Positions 1-11,833 are shown, counted from the stretch's first letter. The stretch: DNA of 64,000 nt from an uncultured Phycisphaerales bacterium (GCA_963758525.1 CAVWVQ010000003.1:1600001-1664000); one strand, 5' to 3'. Notes: generated by a model not told the origin, from the sequence alone. A program made the numbers and translations.

Positions 1-928
1 GCTTCTGCAAGGCAACGAAGAAAAGCGGAAACTGCTGCTCACCAACGGCGCGGTCGACCTGGCCTACGCGATCCCGGAAGCCGGCCGGTTTCGAGTGAAT
101 GCTTTTCGCAGCCGTGAGCATTATGCGATCGTCATGCGCCGAATCGTGACCAAGATTCCAAACTTTACCGATCTGGGTCTGCCTCCGCAGATGGAGGAAT
201 TTGCCAATGTGCATCGCGGGATCGTGATCGTCTCTGGCACGACCGGAAGTGGCAAATCCACGTCGCTTGCGGCCATCATCGGCAAGATCAACCGCACCCG
301 TGCCGAGCGCATCATCACCGTGGAAGACCCGATCGAATTCCAGCACGAGAACGCCAAGTCGCTGGTCAGCCAGGTGGAAGTCGGGCAGGATTCGATCAGT
401 TATGACTATGCGTTGCGGGCGATGATGCGTCAGGATCCCGACGTGATCCTCATCGGCGAAATCCGCGATTCGTTTTCCCTGACCACCGCCCTGCGCGCCG
501 CGGACACGGGCCATCTGGTTTTTACCACGGTGCATGCGACCAACGCGCCGATGACGATTTCCCGATTCGTCTCGCTCTTCGACAAGGACCAGGCGGAATT
601 GCAGCGCACGCAGCTCGGGCTGAACCTCGTGGCGGTCGTCTGCCAGCGTCTGGCGAAGAAACGCGACGGCAAAGGACGCGTGCCGGTGGTTGAAATCATG
701 ATGGCTACCCCGTTGGTGCGAAAATACATCTATGAAGGCGAGTTTGAAAAGCTCAAAGGGACGGTCGGCAACAAGGAAGCCGGGTCGCAGAGCTTCGATC
801 AGCATCTGACGGAACTGTTTCACAAGCAGATCATCGACGTAGCCGAAGCCAAGCGGCTCGCGAGCAATGTGGACGCCTTGAGTTTGGCCCTTCGCGGGAT
901 TGGAAACAGCGATACGCGGCTCAAATAG
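1..928 (+). CDS. pilT: PilT/PilU-family type IV pilus retraction ATPase, 5'-truncated by the window edge
   Basis: Open frame from base 2 (…AGRFRVNAFR); Walker A GTTGSGKST, TVEDPIE, RQDPDVILIGEIRD, AADTGHLVFTTVH. Confidence 0.9.
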   Translation, partial: LLQGNEEKRKLLLTNGAVDLAYAIPEAGRFRVNAFRSREHYAIVMRRIVTKIPNFTDLGLPPQMEEFANVHRGIVIVSGTTGSGKSTSLAAIIGKINRTRAERIITVEDPIEFQHENAKSLVSQVEVGQDSISYDYALRAMMRQDPDVILIGEIRDSFSLTTALRAADTGHLVFTTVHATNAPMTISRFVSLFDKDQAELQRTQLGLNLVAVVCQRLAKKRDGKGRVPVVEIMMATPLVRKYIYEGEFEKLKGTVGNKEAGSQSFDQHLTELFHKQIIDVAEAKRLASNVDALSLALRGIGNSDTRLK

Positions 929-1020
929 CAGTTCTTGCGCGGCCTAAATGCCCTATCTTGCCCGATGGCTGGCGATGGGCCTACCTTTCGATTGTGGCGG
1001 ATTGCGGGTCTTGCGATGGC

Positions 1021-1087
1021 AGGGGCGGGATTCAGCCCGCCGTTTTCTCGGCCGGCCAACGAATCGGCGGGATGAATCCCGCCCTAC
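1021..1087. repeat. REP doublet (GTAG-type)
   Basis: aggggcgggattcagcccgccg … cggcgggatgaatcccgccctac: two inverted copies, each an imperfect palindrome; the right copy reads GTAG+palindrome on the minus strand. Confidence 0.75.
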
Positions 1088-1342
1088 TCAGACCCGATCG
1101 CCACTTTCGACCGCCATACCCGGCGATGACTTTCGCCGCACTCGCTCGTCGCTTGCGACGTAATTCCTGCTACAATACTCGCTTGCTTGCCGACAACTGT
1201 TCGATAGCGAGGAGAAACAGCGGCCTCGTCGGCCAATAAACTCCCCGGGCTGAGGGTTCCTCTATTTCGTCAGCATCTTGAGTTTGCCACGCCGCATGTG
1301 CGGCTATACTTCCACTCGCACGGGAACGACTGAGAACCAACC

Positions 1343-4300
1343 ATGGCTACCGACCCCCGCTTCCTGGCCGACTCCGGCCGTGAAGTCTTCACCGGAAACG
1401 AACTGCTCATCAAGGGCGCGCTGGAAGTCGAAGGCGGCGTGCATCTTCTGACCGGCTATCCGGGCTCGCCGGTCGCGGGATTCTTCGACGTCATGGGCGA
1501 CATCAAAGATCTCCTCAACTCCCACGGCGTCCGCGCGTTTCAGGCCAACAACGAAGCATTGGGGGCCGCGGCCGTGAACGGATCGCAGATGATGCCCTGC
1601 CGGGCGATCGCGACGATGAAAAATGTCGGCGTTCACGTCGCGGCCGACGCGCTGGCACTGGCTAATCTTGCCGGTGCACATCCGCAGGGCGGCGCGATCA
1701 TCATCATGGGAGAAGATCCCTGGTGTGACAGCACGCAGGTTCCCGCGGACAGCCGATTCATCTGCGAGCACTTGCGGATGCCGGTTGTCGAGGCCGGCGG
1801 GCCGCAGGAATTGAAGGATTGGATCAATCTCGCCTTCAAGCTCAGCCAGGCCGCGCGGCTCTACATCGGATACATCGTCACCACCGCGCAGGCCGATGGC
1901 GGCGGCACCGTTCTGTGCCGCCCGAACCAGTTTCCCGACCTCAACACCATCCACCGTCAGGCGCTGGAAACGCAGGCAATCGATCTCAATCGCGTGCTGC
2001 TCCCGCCGCGCACCTGGCGGGAAGAATTGCGGATTCCCGAGCGATTTGAGGCGACGATGAAAGCCGCCCGCGAGCTGGGCGTCAATCGCATCGAATGGCA
2101 TCGGGATGCTCCCAGCGGCGACCGCGCGCCGCTCGGTTTCATCGCGACCGGGATGGGCGCGGCGTATCTCAAGCATGTGCTGGCGGACCTCGGTCTGGAC
2201 GGCGTTTTCCCGATCCTCCGAATGGGAATGAGCTATCCGGCAGACGTGAAGCTTGTCGCGGAGCTTTCCGAACGATGCACTCAAATGATCGTCGTCGAGG
2301 AGCGCCGCAGCTTCCTCGAAAAGAACATCCGCGACACGCTCTTTCGCGTCTTCCCCGCCGAGCGCGCGGGAGAGATCGTCACGCGCATCTACGGCAAGGC
2401 GTTTCCCCACGGACTGCCCGGCATTCCGGATTCGCGCGGGCTCAATCCTTCCGTCCTCTCGCAGGTTCTCATTCCCCTCATCAAGGCGACCGAACAGATT
2501 CCCGCGGAGCAGCGCAACGGCCGGCTCACTGCCGTGATGGACCGCCTGCGAAAGGCGAGCAAGCCGAAGCTGCAGGTCATTTCCGACAAAATCGTTCCGC
2601 GCACCGCCACCTTCTGCCCGGGTTGCCCGCATCGCGACAGCTCGGCAACGCTGCTGGAACTCCGCCAGAACTTTGCCGACCCGAAATACATGAAGGAGCA
2701 TCACGGCTCCGGCCCGGTTGACCTGGTCGCGCATGGTGACACCGGCTGCTACACCATGCTCATGTTCGCCCCCACCGAACAGCTCATGCACAACTACTCG
2801 GGCATGGGGCTCGGCGGCGGCACCGGAAGCGGAATCGATCCGTTCATCACCAACAAGCAGATCGTCTTCATGGGCGATGGCACGTTCTTCCACTCGGGAC
2901 AGATAGCCATCTCCAACTCCATCAAGGTGAACCAGAACATCACCTACATCATCCTGGAAAACAAAACGACCGCGATGACCGGCCATCAGGAACACGCCGG
3001 CACCGAACTCGATGTCGTCGGCAACCGCTCCTATATCCAGGACATCGAAACCATCGTGCGCGGCATGGCCGGAACCAGCCCGCTCACTGTCGAGCGGCTC
3101 TCCCCCGCCAATCGCTCGCGCTACCGCGCGGTGCTGGAGCACACGATCCTTCGCGACGGCGTGAAGGTCGTTATCGCCGACAAGGAATGCGGCATTACGC
3201 ATCACCGCAAGGTCCTCCAGAAAGAGCGCCAAACGATCAAGAAGCATGGCTACCTCCCGAAGAAGACGCACATGAACGTCACGACGGAGGTGTGCGAAAA
3301 CTGCCTCGAATGCACCAAGCAGACCGCCTGCCCGGGCCTGACGATTGCCGACACCGACTACGGCAAGAAGATCGACACCGATCTCACGTGGTGCGTGAAC
3401 GACGGCGCCTGCGAGCGCGTGACCGCGAGCAACGAGGTCGGTCTGAGTGTCAAGCCGTGCCCGAGCTTCGAGCAGGTGACGATCGTCCGTCAGCGCCGCC
3501 GCCGGTATACGCTGCCGCACATGGGGCTGGACAAGCTTCCCGAGCCGCCGCGCACGCATGAGATGCTTAAGCCCGGCGGCGTGTGGCGCTGTCACATGGC
3601 CGGCGTTGGTGGAATGGGCATCGGCGTGATCAACGCCATCCTCGTGCGCGCCGGTCACAAGCAGGGCTACCGCGTCGTCTTCGCCGACAAAAAGGGCCTG
3701 GCCATCCGCAACGGCGGCGTCTATTCGCAGATCACGTTTGTGAATGACGGGCCGGAGGGGCAAGAGGGTTCAGAGTCCAGTGGCCAGTCGCCGCGACGTT
3801 CAGGGTTAACGCAGGGTTCAGGGTTCAGGGTTCAGGGTTCAGGAACAGCGAATGCGCCCGATACCGGCAGCGCTTCTCCTGCCTCCTGCTCTCCTGCTCT
3901 CCTCTCTCGCGATAGCGGCCCATCTTCCCTGAACCCTGAACCCCGACCCCTGAACCCTCTCTCGATCCCTGAACCCCGACCCCTGAACCCTCAATATCCG
4001 ACCACTGGCAACATCCCCTACGGCCGTGCGGACCTGCTGCTTGGCGTCGATATTCTCGAAGCCGCCCGCGCGATCGATCCGCGCGAGGAATTTCGCGTTG
4101 CTTCCACGGAGTACACCGCGGCCGTCCTCAACACTTATAAGCAGCCGACCGTCTACACGCTGCTGGGCAGGAATGATTTTGACCCCGATGCGCTGCGCGA
4201 AGAAATCTTCGAGCATTGCAAGCCGGACAGCTCCTTTGCCCGCAATCTGTCCGAACTCTGCGAACAGCGGCTCGGGAGCAAACTGTATGCGAATATTCTC

Positions 4301-5260
4301 ATGCTCGGCGTTGCCTTTCAGCTCGGGTTGATTCCCGTTTCCCCGCGGTCAATCGCCTGGGCGATCAAGGATTCGATCCGGCGCGATCACCGCAAGAATC
4401 TGAAAGCGTTCAACATCGGCCGAAAGCTTGCGCTCGAGCCTCGCGCCCTTCCGCGCAAGCCCGTTCCCGAAACGTGGGAACAGCTTGTCACCAACAAAGT
4501 GCGCATCCTGCGGAAGACGAGTCTGTCCGGCCGCGGCGTCGCGATGCAGTTCGATCGCATGGTGCAGGGGGCGATGAAGCAGATGCGCGATCTGCCCGAA
4601 GAGGCGAAATACGATCTGGCGCTGCGCATCTACGACGTGCTGCAGTATCAGGACTACCCGCTGGCGAAGTGGTACGTCGAACTCGTGCGCGGCGTCTATC
4701 GGCGCGACTCGGCCCCCCGCGGCTATCTTGCGACCATCGCGGTGATCTGGAATCTCGCGAAAGTCACATTGATCAAGGATGAGCCGTACGTCTCGTACCT
4801 GCTCACGCGATTCGAGAAGAAGCAGCGCGACATCGTGAAATATGGCGTCGACGTTTCCAACGGCGATCGCATCGTCTACCGCCATCACACCAATCCCGAA
4901 TTCAACATCGGCAAACACCGCATCCGCCTGCGCCTTACAACAACGGACTGGATGCTCAGCATCGTCCGCCATTGCAAATGGCTGCGCAAACTCCCCAACT
5001 GGCATCATCGCGAAGTCGCGTTTCGCAATTGGTACGTCGGGCTGCTGAGCCGGGTGAATCTCACGCACGATGCCGGCTACGCGCAAGCCGTCCGCGTGTT
5101 CCGCTGCGCCGAGGAAGTGACCGGCTACCGCGAAATCCGCTATCCCAAGCAGGACCGCGTTCGGGAGGCCATCGAATCCGAGTTGACCAGGCAAGTGACC
5201 CCGCCCCCCGAAGCGCCGATGTCCGTCTTGGACGGCCTCCGCTCCCCGGCGGGGGCGTAG
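1343..5260 (+). CDS. Fused indolepyruvate:ferredoxin oxidoreductase (IorA+IorB-like), 1305 aa
   Basis: GYPGSP, FCPGCPH, GDTGC, TPP motif MGDGTFFHSG…ENKTTAMTG, CENCLEC ferredoxin motif, AGVGGMG and GLAIRNGGV of the beta subunit. Confidence 0.92.
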   Translation: MATDPRFLADSGREVFTGNELLIKGALEVEGGVHLLTGYPGSPVAGFFDVMGDIKDLLNSHGVRAFQANNEALGAAAVNGSQMMPCRAIATMKNVGVHVAADALALANLAGAHPQGGAIIIMGEDPWCDSTQVPADSRFICEHLRMPVVEAGGPQELKDWINLAFKLSQAARLYIGYIVTTAQADGGGTVLCRPNQFPDLNTIHRQALETQAIDLNRVLLPPRTWREELRIPERFEATMKAARELGVNRIEWHRDAPSGDRAPLGFIATGMGAAYLKHVLADLGLDGVFPILRMGMSYPADVKLVAELSERCTQMIVVEERRSFLEKNIRDTLFRVFPAERAGEIVTRIYGKAFPHGLPGIPDSRGLNPSVLSQVLIPLIKATEQIPAEQRNGRLTAVMDRLRKASKPKLQVISDKIVPRTATFCPGCPHRDSSATLLELRQNFADPKYMKEHHGSGPVDLVAHGDTGCYTMLMFAPTEQLMHNYSGMGLGGGTGSGIDPFITNKQIVFMGDGTFFHSGQIAISNSIKVNQNITYIILENKTTAMTGHQEHAGTELDVVGNRSYIQDIETIVRGMAGTSPLTVERLSPANRSRYRAVLEHTILRDGVKVVIADKECGITHHRKVLQKERQTIKKHGYLPKKTHMNVTTEVCENCLECTKQTACPGLTIADTDYGKKIDTDLTWCVNDGACERVTASNEVGLSVKPCPSFEQVTIVRQRRRRYTLPHMGLDKLPEPPRTHEMLKPGGVWRCHMAGVGGMGIGVINAILVRAGHKQGYRVVFADKKGLAIRNGGVYSQITFVNDGPEGQEGSESSGQSPRRSGLTQGSGFRVQGSGTANAPDTGSASPASCSPALLSRDSGPSSLNPEPRPLNPLSIPEPRPLNPQYPTTGNIPYGRADLLLGVDILEAARAIDPREEFRVASTEYTAAVLNTYKQPTVYTLLGRNDFDPDALREEIFEHCKPDSSFARNLSELCEQRLGSKLYANILMLGVAFQLGLIPVSPRSIAWAIKDSIRRDHRKNLKAFNIGRKLALEPRALPRKPVPETWEQLVTNKVRILRKTSLSGRGVAMQFDRMVQGAMKQMRDLPEEAKYDLALRIYDVLQYQDYPLAKWYVELVRGVYRRDSAPRGYLATIAVIWNLAKVTLIKDEPYVSYLLTRFEKKQRDIVKYGVDVSNGDRIVYRHHTNPEFNIGKHRIRLRLTTTDWMLSIVRHCKWLRKLPNWHHREVAFRNWYVGLLSRVNLTHDAGYAQAVRVFRCAEEVTGYREIRYPKQDRVREAIESELTRQVTPPPEAPMSVLDGLRSPAGA
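3764..3992. repeat. In-frame inverted heptamer-array element (GGGTTCA)n…(TGAACCC)n inside the oxidoreductase
   Basis: cagggttcagggttcagggttcagggttcagg on the left, ccctgaaccctgaaccccgacccctgaaccct on the right; translated as GSGFRVQGSG…LNPEPRPLNP. Confidence 0.9.
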
Positions 5261-5397
5261 AGCCACGACTCTCGATCGTCTGCCATGGCACTTCAAATGC
5301 GCTGCTTGTGAGCCGGACGCTCCCCCGGCGGGCCCGGGATGTAACGCGGAGCAGGTTGTTTGAGAATCCCGTGTGCTCCCCGCTACAATCCCCTGCC

Positions 5398-5686
5398 ATG
5401 CTCACCAAGGCAGACATCGTTAAAAGCCGAGATGAGATCATCGCCATCGCTCAGCGGTACGGCGCCAGCGACATCCGCGTCTTTGGGTCAGTCGCCCGCG
5501 GCGATGCCACCGAAGATTCCGACCTCGCCGTGCTCGTGCGGCTTGAGTCGGGCGCACGCTTCTCGACCAGGGCGGGCGTTTCATGGATCTGCGAGATCTG
5601 CTGGGGATTAAGGTTGACGTGATCTCGGATGGCGCAATGACGGGCCGATTCGGCTCGAACGTGCGCCGCGAGGCGGTGCCACTGTG
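5398..5686 (+). pseudogene. MNT nucleotidyltransferase antitoxin, frameshifted near 5550
   Basis: MLTKADI…VFGSVARGDATEDSDLAVLV continues in another frame as GRTLLDQGG…LLGIKVDVIS…VRREAVPL*; second catalytic Asp reads as Ala. Confidence 0.8.
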
Positions 5687-5810
5687 AGGTCCGAGCGCGA
5701 CCGACTTCTGGATATTCTCGACGCAATTGACGTGGTGGTGAAATATCTGCCAAGGGAGCGCGCCATATTCGATGGCGATCCCCCGCTTCAATCGCACATC
5801 TATCGCGGAG
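5684..5810 (+). pseudogene. Truncated HepT/DUF86-like toxin (N-terminus only)
   Basis: Abuts the MNT stop; RSERDRLLDILDAID…FDGDPPLQS, then similarity is lost; no R-x4-H motif. Confidence 0.7.
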
Positions 5811-5846
5811 CCCATCTCGCGGCGCGCAACGTAGCTGCCCTTACGC

Positions 5847-6548
5847 TTATTTCTCCATCCGGCCTATCACAGCCGCTCGGATTTCCGCTGGGTTGTAAGA
5901 CGCCTTGGCGCTGACGCGCAGGATCGGGATGCCGGCGGCCGATAGAGCGCGGTCCTTAAATGCGTCGCTCTCAATCACACGGCGTCGCCGATGGGTTTGA
6001 TCGTCAAGTTCGATCACCATTAGGAGCGCCGTCGAATCACAATCGATCAGCACGAAGTCGACGTGCTTCTGGGAGATCTTTGAGAAAAAACCGGCCTTTC
6101 TGGCGTCAGCGGAGCAATCGATTAGATCCGCGAGTCGTACTTTCGCCGCGATCGTAACGCCGTGCGGAACGGCGCGAGTCAGCATGTGATAGAATGCCCT
6201 TTCGCCGGGGGATAGAAGTGTTTTGCGCGAGAAATATGGCAGACGTTGGGAACGGCTTGGGTGGAGCCATCTCAGCGCTGCGACAGCCAGCACGATAATG
6301 ACAAACGCAATCGCGGCGAAGCCAAGAAATGACGAGTGATCCAGGATGCTTGCCGACCCTTCGTAGCGGACTGGCGGTAATCGTAACTTGAACTTGGCTT
6401 GGCGGCGCTCCGCGCAGGTTGCCCGAGTTTCAGCGGGCCCGATTTCAATCGGCCGCTGCGAAATTTTTCCTGATGTTGCCGCGAAGCGGTACATGGCCAT
6501 TGCAGAGCTAAGCGAGGGCGATTCGGGCCAGAGGAGACGATCCCACAC
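5847..6548 (-). CDS. DUF2726-like membrane-anchored protein (true start probably near 6350)
   Basis: TM segment, LLSPGERAFY, KVRLADLI, KHVDFVLID, IELDDQTH, AGIPILR. Confidence 0.8.
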   Translation of the reverse strand: MWDRLLWPESPSLSSAMAMYRFAATSGKISQRPIEIGPAETRATCAERRQAKFKLRLPPVRYEGSASILDHSSFLGFAAIAFVIIVLAVAALRWLHPSRSQRLPYFSRKTLLSPGERAFYHMLTRAVPHGVTIAAKVRLADLIDCSADARKAGFFSKISQKHVDFVLIDCDSTALLMVIELDDQTHRRRRVIESDAFKDRALSAAGIPILRVSAKASYNPAEIRAAVIGRMEK

Positions 6549-6629
6549 CTGATTGCCGCTCTCTCGCCTGAAACGTAAGCACTTTTCAGGGAACTACTTA
6601 GTTCGATTCTTTCCGGAGCATCCTACCCC

Positions 6630-8933
6630 ATGTTGCGAAATCGACGCTTCATATCCGCCGCGCATGATGCCTCTCGTTTTTTGATGGAAGGCTTGGAATC
6701 GCGCCAGTTGCTCTCGGCGACGCTGACGAGCTCTGGAACCTTAAACGTTCAGGGCACCGGCCATGCGGACTCGATCACGGTTGGATTGAATCCGCAGAAC
6801 ACCAGCATGCTCGACGTTTCGATGAATGGAAAAACGCGCTCGTTTGATGCCGCGGACGTTCAGAACATCAACGTGAATGCCGGCGGCGGGAAAGACAATG
6901 TGAGCTTGGGCTCCACATTGACAACTCCGGCGACGATTCTGGGCGGCGCGGGCAATGACACGCTGACCGCGGGCAGCGGCGACGACACGCTCAACGGCGG
7001 GACGGGAAACGACACCCTCATCGGCGGCTCCGGTCAGGATAACCTCGTCGGCGGCACCGGAAACGACACCATCGAATGCGGGCCCGGACAGTCGCAGGTC
7101 AACGGCGGCACTGGGAAAGACAGCGTCCAATTCACCCCCACCGCCGGCGTGGCGCTCGACACCCTGCCGCAGGCGGTTCAAACCGGACTCACCACTCTCG
7201 CACAAGGCGCGACAATTTCCGACGTTCAGGTTTTCCAGGACGATCATCAGACTTACTACGGCACTTCCGTCACGATCGACAGCCAGCAGACGCGCATCGT
7301 CGTCGATTCGTCGGGAAATCCGGTCGGCAACGCTCCGCCCGGCAGCGGTGGCGGTTCGCCCGGCGGGGGATCGGGCGGTCAGGGACAGGGGAGTCAGGGG
7401 AACGGACCCGCCGCGCCGGCCGGCGTCCTCGGACCTGTGATCAGCACGGATGCAACCGCCGACACAATCACCCTGACGGCCAGCAATCCATGGGGGCCGC
7501 CCAAGCAGACGACATTTAAAGTAACGTCCACGACCGCGATCACCGCCGACGGTAATACCGTCGCGCTCTCCGCGCTGACTGCAGGGACATTGGTTGCCGT
7601 GCAGACCAGCGGCGCCGATTCGACCACGGCCACTTCCATTACCGCGCTCGATCGACGGGTCGGCGGCGTCGTGACCGCGATCGACACGACTGCCGACACA
7701 ATCACAATCAAAGATCCCAGCGGAACATCGACGACCTACACGGTCAGCCCAACCGCGACGGTGACGCTCGATGGGACTGCCAGCACATTTTCAGCGATCA
7801 CCACCACTTTGCATGTGCAATTGAAGCTCGCGGCACTCGATGGCACTGTGACGAGCATCATCTCCGACCCGCAGGACAGCTCCGGCGGCGGACCCGGTGA
7901 CTCCGGCAACCCGGGCGGAAGCGCCGGCGATCCCACCAGCGGCGCAGGCAACCCAGGCGGAACATCAGGCAACCCCGGCGGCAATCCAACGCAACTCGGG
8001 CCGCACGGAACGGTCGTCAGCGTCGACACCGCCGCTGACACCATCACGCTGCAAGTCGGAACCGCAAGTCCAACCAGCTACACCCTTACTTCCACTGCTA
8101 CCGTAACTCTGGACGGCGCGGCAAGCACGCTCTCTGCCCTTGTGGCAGGCGACAACGCAGGCTTGCAACTCTCTTCGGATGGCACAACAGTCGCCGCTAT
8201 CCAGGCGAATTCGCCAGGCACTTCCGCCAACCCGGGCGGAAACACCGGCGATCCCACCGGCGGCTCAGGTAACCCCGGCGGAAGCTCCGGCAATCCCGGG
8301 GGCAACCCCACGCAACTCGGTCCGTACGGGACCGTCGTCAGCGTCGATACAACAGCCGATACCATCACCCTCCAATCCGGCGCAGGCAGTTCGACGACCT
8401 ACAGCCTCGCTTCCACGGCTACCGTGACTCTGGACGGCGCCGCCAGCACGCTGTCCGCGCTCGGTGCCGGCGACAACGCGGGACTTCAGCTCTCCTCTGA
8501 CGGCAAGACCGTGACCGCGATTCAAGCGAATTCGCCCAGCGCCTCGGGCGATCCCGGCACCCCGACCGGCAGCCCTCCCGCAGGCTCGGGCAACACGGGC
8601 GCTCCCACGGGCAACCCCCCTGCCGGCTCGGGCAACTCCGGCGGTCCCACCGGAGGTTCGGGAAATCCGGGCGGCAATCCCGCTCCTCTTGGCCCGCATG
8701 GAGCCATCGTGAGCGCGGACGCAACGACCGACACCATCACGCTTCAAGCCGGCACCGCAAGTCCGACAACCTACACCGTTGCGTCCACGGCCACGGTGAC
8801 TTTGGACGGCGCCGCCAGCAGTCTCTCCTCACTCGTGGCGGGCGACAACGCGGGGCTGAAGCTCTCATCGGACGGAGTGACGGTGATCGCGATCCAAGCC
8901 AACTCGCCAGCGACCAGCGGCATGCCAAGCTGA
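6630..8933 (+). CDS. Exported repeat protein: LESRQLLS motif, RTX-type Ca-binding repeats, repeated beta domains (DUF5666-like), G/P/N-rich linkers
   Basis: GGxGxDTL nonapeptides; repeated [15 protein letters not shown]…ATVTLDG… units. Confidence 0.8.
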   Translation: MLRNRRFISAAHDASRFLMEGLESRQLLSATLTSSGTLNVQGTGHADSITVGLNPQNTSMLDVSMNGKTRSFDAADVQNINVNAGGGKDNVSLGSTLTTPATILGGAGNDTLTAGSGDDTLNGGTGNDTLIGGSGQDNLVGGTGNDTIECGPGQSQVNGGTGKDSVQFTPTAGVALDTLPQAVQTGLTTLAQGATISDVQVFQDDHQTYYGTSVTIDSQQTRIVVDSSGNPVGNAPPGSGGGSPGGGSGGQGQGSQGNGPAAPAGVLGPVISTDATADTITLTASNPWGPPKQTTFKVTSTTAITADGNTVALSALTAGTLVAVQTSGADSTTATSITALDRRVGGVVTAIDTTADTITIKDPSGTSTTYTVSPTATVTLDGTASTFSAITTTLHVQLKLAALDGTVTSIISDPQDSSGGGPGDSGNPGGSAGDPTSGAGNPGGTSGNPGGNPTQLGPHGTVVSVDTAADTITLQVGTASPTSYTLTSTATVTLDGAASTLSALVAGDNAGLQLSSDGTTVAAIQANSPGTSANPGGNTGDPTGGSGNPGGSSGNPGGNPTQLGPYGTVVSVDTTADTITLQSGAGSSTTYSLASTATVTLDGAASTLSALGAGDNAGLQLSSDGKTVTAIQANSPSASGDPGTPTGSPPAGSGNTGAPTGNPPAGSGNSGGPTGGSGNPGGNPAPLGPHGAIVSADATTDTITLQAGTASPTTYTVASTATVTLDGAASSLSSLVAGDNAGLKLSSDGVTVIAIQANSPATSGMPS
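7975..8910 (+). repeat. Three intragenic domain repeats
   Basis: [17 protein letters not shown]…[12 protein letters not shown]…IQANSP occurs three times with high identity. Confidence 0.85.
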
Positions 8934-9132
8934 TGGAAACCTCGACGCGATCAGACTACATAACGGGCCGAGATTGCCCGACGAGCAGTCCCCTCTGTCG
9001 AGCGTGCGAAGCACTCCAAATCGTTTAGTAAGCCGCCTCGCTCGCGAGGCGTGGCCAGATGCGAATGTTGCTGCGGATCAGATGAACTGCGTCAGCCGCA
9101 CACGGCCTCCCGCCGCAGCGAGATTGGGCCGT

Positions 9133-10536
9133 TCATGTGGCCGTGGGAAACGTGTCTACCTCGCTGCCTGACGCGGACGAGATGTATTGCAGTTCCGATG
9201 CATGCACTGCATTGCCGGAGTCGATGGCGGCGGGAATTTCTGCCTCGTAAGCGGATTGATCGGCACCTGGAGATAACAGACCGTCCACGGGCGCAAACGA
9301 ATCCGAGTATTGATTGGGTTTCCACGGATCCGGACCGCTGGCGGTCCCCAGGAGGCGGCTGGGGGAGAAATAGGCCGTCACCGGATTGTCATCGACCAGC
9401 AGCGAAGCGAAGAACTGAATGGCGTCGTCGTGCTCGCTGAGCGGATTCGTAGAGGCGGGGAAATTCACGGCAAACGCGTCTGCCGCCGTCGCAGGGCTGA
9501 TCGCCGAGCCGAGCACGGACGCGCGGAACGCCCATGACACATTTGCGTGAGCGGCGAAGTTGATCTCGCCGGGGTGATCCTGGTTGTACGTTTTGCCGCC
9601 CTTGAGCGTGATGGTGATCGGTAGGGACGGAAGCCCAAAACTCGGCAGCACCTCCGACCCCGGGAGTTTGAGAGTCGCGGGGACGCCGCGAGCGGCATCC
9701 AGCGCCACAATGCTCTGCACTTTGCCCAACCCATCCTGCACGAGCCGGCCAGCCAGTTCGTCTCCGACATCGGCACCCCAACTGTGTCCGATGAGATTGA
9801 GTTCGCCAGCCGCAAAACCGTACGAACGCAATCGTTCCGCGCTCCAGACGCCTACCGGCTGAATCCAATCCTGTCCTGTGAAATCCGTATATTCATTCTG
9901 ATACGATGCCCCCTTCGCCCAATTCAGTGTCAGAATCTGATTATCCTGAGCAGCCAGCGCATCGGCGATGGGAGCCAGAGCGGCCGGTGTATCACCGCGG
10001 CCATGAATGAGCAGCCAGCTCGTCGCATTCGGATCGATCAGACCCCCATCCGTGCGACGGATCGAGACCGGCGTCCGCTGTCCGCTGCGCGTGGCAAAAC
10101 CATGCAGCAGATTCGTCGCCGCCACAAATTTCTGGCTGCTGGCGATGCTGAGATCGCCGGCCGCATCCGCAAAGGATCCCGCCTTAAAATTCACTTGAAC
10201 ATCGCCGACTCCAAATGCGCCGCTGAAGTGATAGAGAAAAACGGAGGGATCAGAAGCATCCTGCTTCGGCCGGCCATTGATCTTCACCTTCGAGACCGCT
10301 CTTCCGCTCAGCGTAAACTCAGGCGAAGCGTCAAGTACCGATCGAGCGTTGAGCTGCGAACCAGGCGTCTCGAACCGTATTTCCAAAGTGTGTTGCCGGT
10401 TCAACTCCGTCGCTGAAAAAAAGCTGCCGGCGACAGGACTTACCAATTCGGCCATCGCTGTTCCAGCCGAGAGAAGCCTGCGGCATTCCAACGGCTCGAT
10501 CGCACACTGCGGAAATGTGGAAGTTCGCAATTGCAT
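9133..10536 (-). CDS. Exported alpha/beta-hydrolase (lipase-like)
   Basis: LECRRLLS motif, WLLIHG, nucleophile elbow [12 protein letters not shown]. Confidence 0.8.
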   Translation of the reverse strand: MQLRTSTFPQCAIEPLECRRLLSAGTAMAELVSPVAGSFFSATELNRQHTLEIRFETPGSQLNARSVLDASPEFTLSGRAVSKVKINGRPKQDASDPSVFLYHFSGAFGVGDVQVNFKAGSFADAAGDLSIASSQKFVAATNLLHGFATRSGQRTPVSIRRTDGGLIDPNATSWLLIHGRGDTPAALAPIADALAAQDNQILTLNWAKGASYQNEYTDFTGQDWIQPVGVWSAERLRSYGFAAGELNLIGHSWGADVGDELAGRLVQDGLGKVQSIVALDAARGVPATLKLPGSEVLPSFGLPSLPITITLKGGKTYNQDHPGEINFAAHANVSWAFRASVLGSAISPATAADAFAVNFPASTNPLSEHDDAIQFFASLLVDDNPVTAYFSPSRLLGTASGPDPWKPNQYSDSFAPVDGLLSPGADQSAYEAEIPAAIDSGNAVHASELQYISSASGSEVDTFPTAT

Positions 10537-10783
10537 TGATAGAGAAAGAAAGCGCGGGTGCGCGAACGTTCAACATTACGCAACCCACCGGGCGGTGGCT
10601 ACAGAACCCGCCATTTGTCCTTCCTGCGGGCGTGCTCGATTTTTCCGGGAGCTCGCAACTCCGGGGGAGGGTTGGGGGCTGGCGCAAATAACAGGAAATG
10701 GTTACGGAGGCGGGTTCTTACTTCCTGCCCCCCAACTCGTTGCTCTCATTCCCATCCCGATCCCGTACCGCCTACCATGCCCT

Positions 10784-11833
10784 ATGCAAATCGGTATCGA
10801 CAGCTTCGTCGCCTACGCTCCCGACCCCACGACAGGCACCACGATCAGCCCCGAACAGCGAATCGCGAACTTGATCGCGGAGATCGAGCTGGCCGACCAG
10901 GTTGGCGTGAATTTGTTCGGACTGGGCGAACATCACCGTCATGATTTTCTGGATTCTGCTCCGCCGGTCATTCTCGCGGCGGCGGCGGCGCGAACGCGAC
11001 GCATCCGGCTGACCAGCGCCGTCACCGTTCTCAGCGCCGCGGATCCCGTACGCGTGTTCCAGGAATTCGCCACGCTCGATCTGATCTCTGGCGGTCGCGC
11101 GGAAATGATCGTGGGCAGAGGATCATTCATAGAGGCCTTTCCGCTCTTTGGCCTGGACCTTGACGATTACGAATCGCTGTTCACCGAGAAGCTGGATTTA
11201 CTGCTGAAGCTGCGAAAGGAAACCCAGGTGCATTGGAGCGGAAAACACCGGCCGGCGTTGACCGGCCAGGGTGTTTATCCCCGGCCCACGCAGAATCCGT
11301 TGCCGGTCTGGCTCGGAGTTGGCGGCACGCCCGAATCCTTCGTGCGGGCCGGCACGCTCGGTCTGCCGTTGATGGTTGCGATCATTGGCGGTGAACCGCG
11401 CCGGTTTCGACCGCTGGTGGACCTGTACCGCAAAGCCTGGCGCGACGCTGGTCATCCCGCCGGCGAAGAAAAAGTTGGAATCCATGCACCGGGTTACGTC
11501 GCTTCGATCGACCAGCAGGCTGCGGATGACTTTTTTCCCGGCTACGCCCAGGCATTCACCAAGATCGGCCGCGAACGCGGCTGGCCGCCGGTGACACGCG
11601 CCCATTTCGAAGCCCTTCGGGGCCCCACCGGCGCACTGATCGTCGGCAGCCCCGACTCGGCGATTGCCAAGCTGCGGATGTTCAATGACGCATTGGGCGG
11701 CATCGTGCGCCTCAGCTTTCAGATGAGCGTCGCCGGTCTCTCGCATGAACGAATGCTCGGCTCGATTGAATTGATCGGCAGCAAGATCGTGCCGGCGGTG
11801 CGCGATTCAGCGACACCGAATCAGGGATCGTAG
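10784..11833 (+). CDS. LLM-class flavin-dependent oxidoreductase
   Basis: [52 protein letters not shown]. Confidence 0.93.
   Translation: MQIGIDSFVAYAPDPTTGTTISPEQRIANLIAEIELADQVGVNLFGLGEHHRHDFLDSAPPVILAAAAARTRRIRLTSAVTVLSAADPVRVFQEFATLDLISGGRAEMIVGRGSFIEAFPLFGLDLDDYESLFTEKLDLLLKLRKETQVHWSGKHRPALTGQGVYPRPTQNPLPVWLGVGGTPESFVRAGTLGLPLMVAIIGGEPRRFRPLVDLYRKAWRDAGHPAGEEKVGIHAPGYVASIDQQAADDFFPGYAQAFTKIGRERGWPPVTRAHFEALRGPTGALIVGSPDSAIAKLRMFNDALGGIVRLSFQMSVAGLSHERMLGSIELIGSKIVPAVRDSATPNQGS

Noticed and set aside
1304..3763. 819-aa minus-strand ORF, and similar long antisense ORFs over groEL, fusA, dnaJ and the permeases
   Set aside because: Shadow frames of GC-rich, codon-biased genes; no recognisable motifs
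3764..3992. Intein or intron in the oxidoreductase
   Set aside because: No intein terminal motifs (C/S start, HN-C/S/T end) and no group I/II features; the sequence is a simple repeat
10277..10783. N-terminal extension of the LLM ORF
   Set aside because: Overlaps the opposite-strand hydrolase; family similarity starts at MQIGIDSF (10784)
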